A stretch of 64,000 bases of DNA. It comes from Gemmatimonadota bacterium. GTDB lineage: Bacteria; Gemmatimonadota; Gemmatimonadetes; Gemmatimonadales; GWC2-71-9. The stretch covers positions 29,307 to 93,306 of the forward strand of contig JBDTTF010000181.1 of assembly GCA_039930765.1 (NCBI GenBank). Reading direction: 5' to 3'. A program made the translations under genes and the position numbers. Under the pieces are notes generated by a model that saw only the letters and a list, made by a program, of their open reading frames with translations, searched no databases and was not told where the DNA came from. This document shows positions 8,993 through 16,988 of this stretch, piece after piece; position 1 is the first letter of the stretch, and every line of letters starts with the position of its first letter.

Positions 8993-10065
8993 GGCTCGTA
9001 GTAGCGCCGCTCGACGCGCGGTGAAAGTGAAGTGAGCAGTTCGTAGCTGTTGGTTCCGGCCAGGCGCGCCTGCTCGCCGAGCGAGACCTGGCCGCCCCAG
9101 ATGGTGGCGATGTCGCCGACCGCGCACGGTACCGTCGGGCTGACCATGGTCATGTCCATCGTGACCCGACCGACGATCGGGGCCCGGTTCTCACCCAGTT
9201 CGATGGTGCCGCGATTGGACAGCGCCCGGGGCACCCCGTCGGCGTAGCCGATGGCAAGGGTGGCCACCACGGTATCGCGCGGTGCCCGCCAGGTGGCACC
9301 ATAACTCACCGATTCTCCGGCCGGGACCGTCCGGGTGGCCACGACGCGAGTACGGAGTCGGGCGGCTACCTGGGGTGCCGGCCCCTGAATCCCGGCTCCG
9401 CCGCCGTACAGATAGATGCCTGGGCGGACCAGATCGCCGGCCATCCGGGGCCCCGCCATGGCAGCGGCGCTGTTGGCAGCGTGGACCAGCGGTGGCCGGC
9501 GGGGCAATCCGCCCACCGCCTCCTGAAACCGGCGCCACTGCTCCTCGGTGGCCTGGGAGTCGGTGTCAGACGAGTGGAAATGGGTGAAGACCCCTTCCCA
9601 GCGAGTGGCTCGCTCGAGTCGGGGCCGGATCGCGGCCCAGACCGCGGCGTTGTCCCACCGCAGGCCAGACCGGTGCATGCCGGTGTCGACTTCGAGATGA
9701 AAGGGGTGGTCGCCCGAATCGAGCCAGGCGGAGAGGGCGACAGGGTCGCCGATGGTGGGACGGAGCCGATGGGCCACCAGCCCGGGGACCAGCACTGCGG
9801 AGAGCGGCTCGAAAACCACGATCGGCTGCACGATGCCGCCCCGGCGCAGTTCAATTCCTTCCGCCAGACTGGCCACCCCGAACCCCCATGGGTTGGTGAC
9901 CAGCAGCGCCCGGGCCACCGGCAGCGCACCCAGTCCGTAGCCAGCGGCCTTGACCATCGGCAGTAGCCTGGCCCCGCTTGCAGCCGCTACCGCCCTCGCA
10001 TTGGCGACCACCGCCGCGAGATCGACCTCCACCCAGGCGCGCGCCGACTGCTCGGTATTTGACAT
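8989..10065 (-). CDS. alr: Alanine racemase
   Basis: 358 aa with the PLP-lysine motif LPMVKAAGYGLG and overall Alr length and layout. Confidence 0.9.
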   Translation of the reverse strand: MSNTEQSARAWVEVDLAAVVANARAVAAASGARLLPMVKAAGYGLGALPVARALLVTNPWGFGVASLAEGIELRRGGIVQPIVVFEPLSAVLVPGLVAHRLRPTIGDPVALSAWLDSGDHPFHLEVDTGMHRSGLRWDNAAVWAAIRPRLERATRWEGVFTHFHSSDTDSQATEEQWRRFQEAVGGLPRRPPLVHAANSAAAMAGPRMAGDLVRPGIYLYGGGAGIQGPAPQVAARLRTRVVATRTVPAGESVSYGATWRAPRDTVVATLAIGYADGVPRALSNRGTIELGENRAPIVGRVTMDMTMVSPTVPCAVGDIATIWGGQVSLGEQARLAGTNSYELLTSLSPRVERRYYEP

Positions 10066-10088
10066 GGTATTCGGGCGGCGGGTATGAT
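10059..10088 (+). promoter_or_regulatory. Sigma70-like promoter candidate for mazG
   Basis: TTGACA at 10059-10064, an 18-nt spacer, then TATGAT at 10083-10088. GGAGG follows at 10098-10102, 4 nt before the mazG ATG at 10107. The -35 box overlaps the divergent alr start codon. Confidence 0.5.
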
Positions 10089-10106
10089 AGGTCTCACGGA
10101 GGCTAA

Positions 10107-10898
10107 ATGCAAGAAAATTCAGCGCTTGGACGTGCTATCGCGGTGGTCACGGACCTGCGGAACCGGTGCCCCTGGGACCGGGCCCAGACCCGGCAAACCC
10201 TCCGCCCCTACCTGGTCGAAGAGGTGCTGGAACTTGATCAGGCACTGGGGCAGGAAGATCCCGACCGGATCCGCGATGAGACCGGGGATTTCCTCCTGCA
10301 CCTGGCCTGGCAGTTCGTGATCGCGGCCGAAAAGGGTGAATTCACCCCGGCCGAGATCGCCACTGACCTGGAGGCCAAGATGCGGCGCAGGCATCCACAC
10401 CTGTATGACCTCGGTCCGGCCGAATCCTGGCAGCGGCTGAAGCAAAAGGAGGGGCGCCGCCAGCTGCTGGATGGGCTGCCGCCGACCTTGCCGGCGCTGA
10501 TGCTGGCGTACCGACTGCAGGAACGGGCTGCAAGTGTCGGTTTCGATTGGCCGGACACCGGGGGGCCGGCCGGAAAGGTTCGCGAAGAGCTGGCCGAAGT
10601 CGAAAGTGAACTGGGCAAACCCGGGGCCCTCAGCCGCAGCTCAGCCGAGGCCGGCGCCCCGATGGTCGCGGCAGACGATCTGGTCGACGAAGTTGGTGAC
10701 CTGCTGTTTGCTGTGGTCAATCTGGCCCGGAAGGCCCACGTCCATCCCAGCCTGGCCCTCGACCGGGCCAACCAGAAATTCCAGAATCGGTTCACGGCCG
10801 TGGAGCGGCTGGCGGAACAGCGCGGGATCGACCTGGCGGGCGCGGGGCTGGAGAAGCTGGATGAGATCTGGGACGAGGTCAAACAGCGTGAGAGGTGA
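10107..10898 (+). CDS. mazG: Nucleoside triphosphate pyrophosphohydrolase MazG
   Basis: 263 aa with a tandem MazG-domain layout and an N-terminal RNRCPWDRAQT motif. A good SD lies upstream. Confidence 0.85.
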   Translation: MQENSALGRAIAVVTDLRNRCPWDRAQTRQTLRPYLVEEVLELDQALGQEDPDRIRDETGDFLLHLAWQFVIAAEKGEFTPAEIATDLEAKMRRRHPHLYDLGPAESWQRLKQKEGRRQLLDGLPPTLPALMLAYRLQERAASVGFDWPDTGGPAGKVREELAEVESELGKPGALSRSSAEAGAPMVAADDLVDEVGDLLFAVVNLARKAHVHPSLALDRANQKFQNRFTAVERLAEQRGIDLAGAGLEKLDEIWDEVKQRER

Positions 10899-10948
10899 CA
10901 GGTGACCGGGAGCCGCTCTCTCGATCCCTCTCACCTCTTACCTGTCAC
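10888..10948. repeat. Inverted pair of heptamer arrays (GTGAGAG GTGACAG GTGAC ... CTCTCAC CTCTTAC CTGTCAC) between convergent genes
   Basis: Read directly. The left arm is 10888-10906 and overlaps the mazG stop. The right arm is 10928-10948. An imperfect stem-loop is possible, so this could be a bidirectional terminator between mazG and asnS. Confidence 0.5.
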
Positions 10949-10964
10949 GCAGTTGCAGTTTTAG

Positions 10965-12260
10965 CTACGGGTAGAGCCTGTGCAGTTGCCGGGGAAAGGC
11001 AATCATCTCCCGCACATGCGGCTGGCCGGTGATCCAGGCCACAGTCCGTTCGACACCGAGGCCGAATCCGGAATGCACGAAGGTGCCATACTTCCTGAGA
11101 TCCAGGTACCAGCGATACGCATCCGGATCGAGGCCCTGCGCCTTGATCCGGGCCAGCAGGATATCGTAGCTGTCTTCGCGCTGGCTGCCGCCGATGATTT
11201 CGCCATATCCCTCGGGGGCCAGGCAGTCGTTGTTGAGCACGGTCCGTGAATCGTCGGGGTTTTCCTTCATGTAGAAGGCCTTGACCCCCTTGGGATAGTT
11301 GAACACGAACACCGGCCGGTCGTACTCCTTGGCCAGCAGCGTTTCATCGTCCCCTCCCAGATCCTTGCCCCATGTCATTTCGGACCCGAGCGTCGCTAGT
11401 CTGGCCACGGCATCGGAATAGGAAATCCGCGGGAAGGGGGCCTGGACCTTGAGGAGTGGCGCGGTGTCGCGTTCCAGCTCCTTGAGCTCCTCGGCCCGCC
11501 GCTCCAGCGCCCGACCGACAACATAGGCAACGAGATCCTCCTGCAGCCGCATGTTGTCGTCGGAATTATTGAACGCCACCTCCGGCTCGACCATCCAGAA
11601 CTCGGTCAGGTGCCGGCGCGTCTTCGATTTCTCGGCCCGGAAGGTCGGGCCGAAGCAGTACACCCGGCCGAGCGCGGCCGCGGCCGCTTCCACGTAGAGC
11701 TGGCCGGTCTGGGCCAGATATGCCTTGCCAAGGTCGAAATAATCGGTGGAGAACAGGTTGCCGGCGTCCTCGCCAATGGCGCCGGTCAGGATCGGGGTAT
11801 CCACCAGGATGAAGCCGCGGTCATTGAAGAAGTCGCGGATGGATTGGACCACCTCGTGGCGGACCCGGGCAATGGCCGCCTGACGACGGCTCCGGAGCCA
11901 GAGGTGTCTATACTCGAACAGGTAGGACGTCCCATGCTCTTTGGGAGTGATGGGATAGTCCACACTGCCACCGATGATCTCGAGCGTGGTGGCGTGCATC
12001 TCGAAGCCGCCCGGGGCCCGGGCCTCGGCCCGCACCACCCCCGTCACCGAGGCGGAGGTTTCCTGGGTCAGTTCCGCAAACCGCAGCCAGGTTTCGTCCG
12101 AGACTTCCTTGCGGGAGAGCACCACCTGCAGGTATCCGGTACCGTCACGCAACACCAGAAAGGCGATCTTGCCGCTCGACCGGGTGGTACTCACCCAGCC
12201 GCGGACGGTCACCGACTCGCCAGCATGGCGACCGAGGGCATCAATAGTGGCGAAAGTCAT
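10965..12260 (-). CDS. asnS: Asparagine--tRNA ligase
   Basis: 431 aa with class-II motifs FRAEKSKTRRHLTEFWMVEPEVAF and GFGLGVERTV. The FRAE.S.T.RHL.EFWM.EPE pattern is AsnRS-type. Confidence 0.9.
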   Translation of the reverse strand: MTFATIDALGRHAGESVTVRGWVSTTRSSGKIAFLVLRDGTGYLQVVLSRKEVSDETWLRFAELTQETSASVTGVVRAEARAPGGFEMHATTLEIIGGSVDYPITPKEHGTSYLFEYRHLWLRSRRQAAIARVRHEVVQSIRDFFNDRGFILVDTPILTGAIGEDAGNLFSTDYFDLGKAYLAQTGQLYVEAAAAALGRVYCFGPTFRAEKSKTRRHLTEFWMVEPEVAFNNSDDNMRLQEDLVAYVVGRALERRAEELKELERDTAPLLKVQAPFPRISYSDAVARLATLGSEMTWGKDLGGDDETLLAKEYDRPVFVFNYPKGVKAFYMKENPDDSRTVLNNDCLAPEGYGEIIGGSQREDSYDILLARIKAQGLDPDAYRWYLDLRKYGTFVHSGFGLGVERTVAWITGQPHVREMIAFPRQLHRLYP

Positions 12261-12293
12261 GGCTCAGTGAGAAAACGAAGGTGGTCCGGCCGA

Positions 12294-13373
12294 ATGCGCG
12301 GGTGGAGTGTAGCCCTGGCTGTGGGAGGCGTCAACGCGGCGTGCGGGGGCTATCGGCCCGATCCGGCGGCCCGTTCCGCGCCGGTACTCGCGCCCGCTCC
12401 GGTCAGTGGCACCCCGCTGACCCATCTCTGGACCGCCCACGGCCCCAAGGCCATCACCGAACCGGTCGCCCTCATCGATTCGACGATCTACGTCGGCGGC
12501 GGCGGACGACAGATCGCCAAGCTGGACCTGCGCAGCGGTGCGGTCATCTGGAACCAGCGGGTCGGCGGGCCGATGGCGGGCGGTGTGCTGTACAGCGATG
12601 GACGGGTCTACACCGCCACCGACCAGCCCGAAGGAAAGCTTCACGCCTGGACGGCACTGGCCGGCAACGACGTCTGGTCCGCCTCGATCGGCCCGGTCAG
12701 CACGCCACTGACCATCGTCGGCACGCTGATCCTGGTCCGGACCCGAACCGGGATGACACTGGCCTTCGACGCCATCAACGGCAAACAGAAATGGAAAGCC
12801 AGGACCAGCCCGGGCCCGGCTGCGGCGCTGCCCGGACGTACCGGCGAGATCATCGTGCCCGCACTCGACTCGATCTTCCGGCTCGACCTGGCCACCGGTC
12901 GAGTGCTGCAGCGGTCCGCCGCGCCCGGACCACTGGTCTTTCCGCTGGTCGGCCACGACAGCACCGTGCGGGGAGTCACCGCCGATGGACTCTTCTTCGA
13001 ATTGAGTGCCGCGGATCTACGGGTGCAGTGGCGTCTGGCCACCCATGCTCCGCCGGCGGGGCCAATTCTCCAGCGGGGCGATACCCTGGAGTTCGTCTCC
13101 CGGCTCGGCCAGTTCTATCGCGCCGCCGTGGGCACTAGAGACGTACCGCTAGCCGTCGGGGATTCCGCCTCACCAGTGGCGTCCGGTCCGGTGCTGATCA
13201 ACGGGATGTGGCTGATCGGTGGGGCCGACGGAGCGGTGAGTGCCAGGGACTCGGCCGGCACCGAGCGCTGGCGGGTCCCGCTCAAGCGGCCGGCCGATGT
13301 GGCCCCGCTGATGATTCCCGGAGGACTCATTCTCATCGGCGGCGATGGATCGATCCATCGATTCCAGTGGTGA
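12294..13373 (+). CDS. PQQ-like beta-propeller repeat protein (BamB-like), probable lipoprotein
   Basis: The 5' part of track ORF 11610-13373 is an antisense shadow of asnS. I trimmed it to the in-frame ATG at 12294 (MRGWSVALAVGGVNAAC...). Repeated blades are visible (IYVGGG..., GAVIWNQRVGG, DGRVYTAT, NDVWSASIG, GKQKWKA). Confidence 0.6.
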   Translation: MRGWSVALAVGGVNAACGGYRPDPAARSAPVLAPAPVSGTPLTHLWTAHGPKAITEPVALIDSTIYVGGGGRQIAKLDLRSGAVIWNQRVGGPMAGGVLYSDGRVYTATDQPEGKLHAWTALAGNDVWSASIGPVSTPLTIVGTLILVRTRTGMTLAFDAINGKQKWKARTSPGPAAALPGRTGEIIVPALDSIFRLDLATGRVLQRSAAPGPLVFPLVGHDSTVRGVTADGLFFELSAADLRVQWRLATHAPPAGPILQRGDTLEFVSRLGQFYRAAVGTRDVPLAVGDSASPVASGPVLINGMWLIGGADGAVSARDSAGTERWRVPLKRPADVAPLMIPGGLILIGGDGSIHRFQW

Positions 13374-13840
13374 AGTGGAGCCGCGCGGCACTCACCGTCC
13401 TGCTGGCGGCGGCCCTGACGTCCAGTGCCTCGGCCCAGGACTCCCTGCGGGCCAATCCCCTGGTGCACTGGGGCAAGTGGGGCACCGCTGGTATCAGCCT
13501 GGCCTTTCACCTGATCGCCATCTCAGCGCATAACCGATCGGACCGCACCCTCAGCCAACTGACACTCAACTGCTTCGAGACACCGGTGTCCTGCTCGGTG
13601 GGATCTGATGGCCGTTACGTCGATTCGCAATCGGAAGCGATGTTCCAGAGTGTCCTGCACGACAACCGGAAGGCCCGGGCCTACCTGATCGGCGGAGAGG
13701 TAGCCCTGCTCGGCACGGTGGTCCTGTTCGTCGCAGACCTGACCCGCCACAAGGCCCATCCACCCAACCAGCCGTTCAATCCCGAAATTTCGCCGGGGCC
13801 GAACGGCACCACTCACCTCGGATTCCGGTTCAGCTTCTAG
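13370..13840 (+). CDS. Hypothetical secreted/membrane protein
   Basis: The GTG at 13370 overlaps the upstream stop (GTGA). It has signal peptide VKWSRAALTVLLAAALTSSASA-QD, one internal hydrophobic helix and a C-terminal FRFSF. Confidence 0.4.
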   Translation: MKWSRAALTVLLAAALTSSASAQDSLRANPLVHWGKWGTAGISLAFHLIAISAHNRSDRTLSQLTLNCFETPVSCSVGSDGRYVDSQSEAMFQSVLHDNRKARAYLIGGEVALLGTVVLFVADLTRHKAHPPNQPFNPEISPGPNGTTHLGFRFSF

Positions 13841-13860
13841 AACAATGCTGCCGCGGCTGC

Positions 13861-15966
13861 TCAACCAGTGCGGAACAACTCCATCGCGCGGGGATAGCGG
13901 CCCAGCGCCCGCTGCCGCAACGGCTGGTTTTCCCGCCGCTCCAGCAGCGGATCAGCATCGAGCAGACGCCGGGCCAGTGCCCGGGCCTGTTCCAGTAGTG
14001 GGGTGTCCAGCGGCAGCCGGGCGTGACGCAACTCGAATTCGCCGGCCTGGCGGGCGCCGAGCAGGTCTCCCATCTGGCGCTCGGCGAGGTCGAGCTCGGC
14101 GATCTCGAAGCCGTCCTCGGTGGCGGCAAACTTCTTCAGCCGGTCGGAGACTCGAGCCCCGCCCAGCAGGACGCAGTAGCTCTCGGCCGCGCCCCGGCCT
14201 ACCCTGCCGCGCAACTGGTGCAGCTGGGCCAGGCCAAACCGTTCGGGATGATCGATGACCATGACCGTCGCGTTCGGAACATCGATCCCGACTTCGATGA
14301 CCGTAGTGGCCACCAGTGCGTCAATCTTGCCTTCCCTGAACCTGACCATGATCCGGTCCCGCTCCTCGGGCTTGAGCCGGCCGTGGATCAGGGCCACGGT
14401 CAGTTGCTTCCAGCGGGCCGCCAGGAATTCGGCCATGGTGGTCGCGTCACGAAGATCGGTCTTTTCCGACTCCTCGATGATCGGCAGGACGATATAGGCC
14501 TGCCGGCCCGCCGAACATTCGTCGTGTACAAAATCGAAGACCTTCTCGCGCTGTGCGCTGGTCCGGGCGGCGGTGCGGATTCTGCCACGCCCAGGCGGGC
14601 GCTGCCGGATGATGGAGACGTCCAGATCTCCGTAGCGGGTGAGGGCCAGCGACCGGGGAATCGGCGTGGCGGTGAGCAGCAGCACGTCCGGCGCATCCCC
14701 CTTGGCAATCAGCGATGCCCGCTGCTCGACGCCAAAACGATGCTGCTCATCGACGATGACGAGGCCCAGTCGCTGGAACGAGACAGTCTCCTGCACCAGC
14801 GCATGGGTTCCGATCACGATCCGTGATGACCCCTTGGCCAGCCGCTGTTTTCGCTCGGCTTTTTCCGCGGCGCTGAGCCGGCCGAGCAGCAGCTCGGGCC
14901 GGAGGTCGAGCGGGGCCAGCAACCGGGTCAGGGTCGCGGCGTGCTGCTCGGCCAGCAGTTCAGTCGGCGCCATCAGTGCCGCCTGGTAGCCATTCTCGAC
15001 GGCCAGCAGCATGGCCCAGAGTGCCACGACCGTCTTGCCGGTCCCGACATCCCCCATCAGCAGCCGGTGCATCCGCTCCGGCGAACCCATATCGGTAGTA
15101 ATGTCGGCGATGGCCTTGCCCTGATCCTCGGTCAGCGGCCACGGCAGCGACTTGATCAGACGATCGGTAAAGTCGTGCCTGACCGTGAAGGCCACCCCCT
15201 TCCGGGCCCGCTTGGCCAGCAGCCGGGCGCGGGCCAGCATCAGCTGCAGGTCCACCAGTTCGTCGAAGGCCAGTCGCCGGCGCCCCTGCTCGGCCTGTTC
15301 CATGGTGTCAGGCTTATGGACCTGGCGCAGCGCGTCGTTCAGCGTGGGAAGGTTGAGCTGGGTGCGGATGGCAGGCGGGAGGATGTCGATGGACAGCCCG
15401 ATCAACGCCGGCAGGTGCCGGTCGATCAGCGCCCGGATGATCTTGTGGCTGAGATTCTCGGTCGCGGGATAGACCGGCAGGATCTTGCCGCTGGTGAACT
15501 CGACTTCGGCCCCAGCCTCGCTGAGTACCAGGTACTCCCGCGGCACCATCTGCCGGCCATGGTAGAATCGCACCGGACCTGACACCAGCAGCGTCTGGCC
15601 TTCCTCGATGGTTCGATCGAGAAACGGCTGTCCGGGCCAGGAACATTCGAGCACGCCTGACGCATCGCGCAGCACCGCATGGAATACTCGAAGTCCGCTG
15701 CGGGTTGGCAGAACCCGCTTGGTGATGACCCGCCCCACACAGGCCACTTCATCCCCAACCCGGGCCTGGGCCAGCGGGGTGATGTTCGAAGCGTCGAGAT
15801 AACGATGAGGCAGGTGCCAGAGCAGATCGCGCGCGGTCCGAATGCCAAGCCGGGCCAGCGCCTCGGCCCGGCGCTCACCGATGCCCTTGAGGAATTTGAC
15901 CGGGGTGTCGAGGGTGAGAGGCAAAGGGTCCCGGGTTCCGCGGTGGCGCCGTGAACGAACGGACAC
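13861..15966 (-). CDS. recG: ATP-dependent DNA helicase RecG
   Basis: 701 aa with an N-terminal wedge/OB region and helicase motifs GDVGTGKT and VDEQHRFG, plus a C-terminal helicase domain. Confidence 0.9.
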   Translation of the reverse strand: MSVRSRRHRGTRDPLPLTLDTPVKFLKGIGERRAEALARLGIRTARDLLWHLPHRYLDASNITPLAQARVGDEVACVGRVITKRVLPTRSGLRVFHAVLRDASGVLECSWPGQPFLDRTIEEGQTLLVSGPVRFYHGRQMVPREYLVLSEAGAEVEFTSGKILPVYPATENLSHKIIRALIDRHLPALIGLSIDILPPAIRTQLNLPTLNDALRQVHKPDTMEQAEQGRRRLAFDELVDLQLMLARARLLAKRARKGVAFTVRHDFTDRLIKSLPWPLTEDQGKAIADITTDMGSPERMHRLLMGDVGTGKTVVALWAMLLAVENGYQAALMAPTELLAEQHAATLTRLLAPLDLRPELLLGRLSAAEKAERKQRLAKGSSRIVIGTHALVQETVSFQRLGLVIVDEQHRFGVEQRASLIAKGDAPDVLLLTATPIPRSLALTRYGDLDVSIIRQRPPGRGRIRTAARTSAQREKVFDFVHDECSAGRQAYIVLPIIEESEKTDLRDATTMAEFLAARWKQLTVALIHGRLKPEERDRIMVRFREGKIDALVATTVIEVGIDVPNATVMVIDHPERFGLAQLHQLRGRVGRGAAESYCVLLGGARVSDRLKKFAATEDGFEIAELDLAERQMGDLLGARQAGEFELRHARLPLDTPLLEQARALARRLLDADPLLERRENQPLRQRALGRYPRAMELFRTG

Positions 15967-15982
15967 CCCTGCGCGGCGTTGA

Positions 15983-16045
15983 GGCTGATGGCTGATGGCT
16001 TACGGCTAATGGCTTACGGCTTATGGCTGATGGCTGATGGCTGGC
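15983..16045. repeat. Tandem heptanucleotide array, 9 units, consensus GGCTNAY
   Basis: Read directly: GGCTGAT GGCTGAT GGCTTAC GGCTAAT GGCTTAC GGCTTAT GGCTGAT GGCTGAT GGCTGGC. It fills most of the 79-nt spacer between the recG start (15966) and the ftsY stop (16046). Confidence 0.9.
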
Positions 16046-16972
16046 TCATCCTTCGAGCAGCGACTCCGCAAATTTGCGGGCGTCAAACGGCTGCAGATCC
16101 TCAACCGTCTCCCCGGTACCGATGAATCGGATCGGAATGTTCAGCTCCCGCCGCTGGGCCACCACTGCCCCACCCCGGGCGCTGCCATCCAGCTTGGTGA
16201 TGATGATGCCGGTGGGTGATGCGGCCTGGGCGAACAGCTTGCCCTGTTGCACCGCATTCTGCCCCACGCTGCCATCGAGCACCAGCAGGGTCTCGTGCGG
16301 TGCGCCGGGCCGCCGCCGAGCGATGACCCGCACCACCTTCTTGAGCTCCTCCATCAGCCCTTCCTGGGTATGCAGCCGGCCGGCAGTATCGATCAGGACC
16401 GTATCAGCATTCCGGGCCGCCGCCGCTTCGATCGCGTCAAAGGCGACTGAAGCAGGATCGCCGCCAGGCGCGCCGGACACGCAGGGCACCTTCAGTCGTT
16501 CCGCCCAGGTTTCCAGCTGCTGAATGGCACCGGCCCGGTAGGTATCGGCGGCGGCCAGCAGGACCTTCCGGCCCTCGCGGGTCAGGCGATGAGCCAGCTT
16601 GGCGACCGACGTGGTCTTGCCCACGCCGTTGACCCCGATGAACAGCACGACGGTCGGTCCGGCGCCGTCCCCGGTGGCTATCCGCCCTGGCTCCGCGGGC
16701 CCGGTCAACAGCGCCTCGATCCTGGCTACGACCGCCGCCTTGAGATCGGCTTCGGTCTTGAGCTTGCCCCGCCGAACCTCATCCTCTACCGCCTGGACCA
16801 GGTCGAGCGTGGCCGGTACCCCGAAGTCAGCTTCGATCAGCGCCCGTTCCAGCGCCTCGAGATCGGCGGCGTTCATGCCGCGGACCAGCGCTCCGACGTC
16901 AGTCAATGCTACCCGCTTGAGCCGGCCCCACAGTCCCAGCTTCTGGCCCTCTCCCAGTCGATCGGCTTTCAT
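16046..16972 (-). CDS. ftsY: Signal recognition particle receptor FtsY
   Basis: Trimmed from 17245 to ATG 16972 (MKADRLGEGQK...). It carries the SRP-GTPase motifs GVNGVGKTT, DTAGR and TKLD. Confidence 0.9.
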   Translation of the reverse strand: MKADRLGEGQKLGLWGRLKRVALTDVGALVRGMNAADLEALERALIEADFGVPATLDLVQAVEDEVRRGKLKTEADLKAAVVARIEALLTGPAEPGRIATGDGAGPTVVLFIGVNGVGKTTSVAKLAHRLTREGRKVLLAAADTYRAGAIQQLETWAERLKVPCVSGAPGGDPASVAFDAIEAAAARNADTVLIDTAGRLHTQEGLMEELKKVVRVIARRRPGAPHETLLVLDGSVGQNAVQQGKLFAQAASPTGIIITKLDGSARGGAVVAQRRELNIPIRFIGTGETVEDLQPFDARKFAESLLEG

Positions 16973-16988
16973 CGTGTTCCCATCATGA

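Noticed and set aside
15983-16045. Heptamer arrays (also at 10888, 25338 and 28053) as a CRISPR array or minisatellite coding repeat
   Set aside because: The units are 7 nt with no spacers, the total length is 63 nt or less, and no cas genes are present. All are outside coding frames except for the last codons of mazG.
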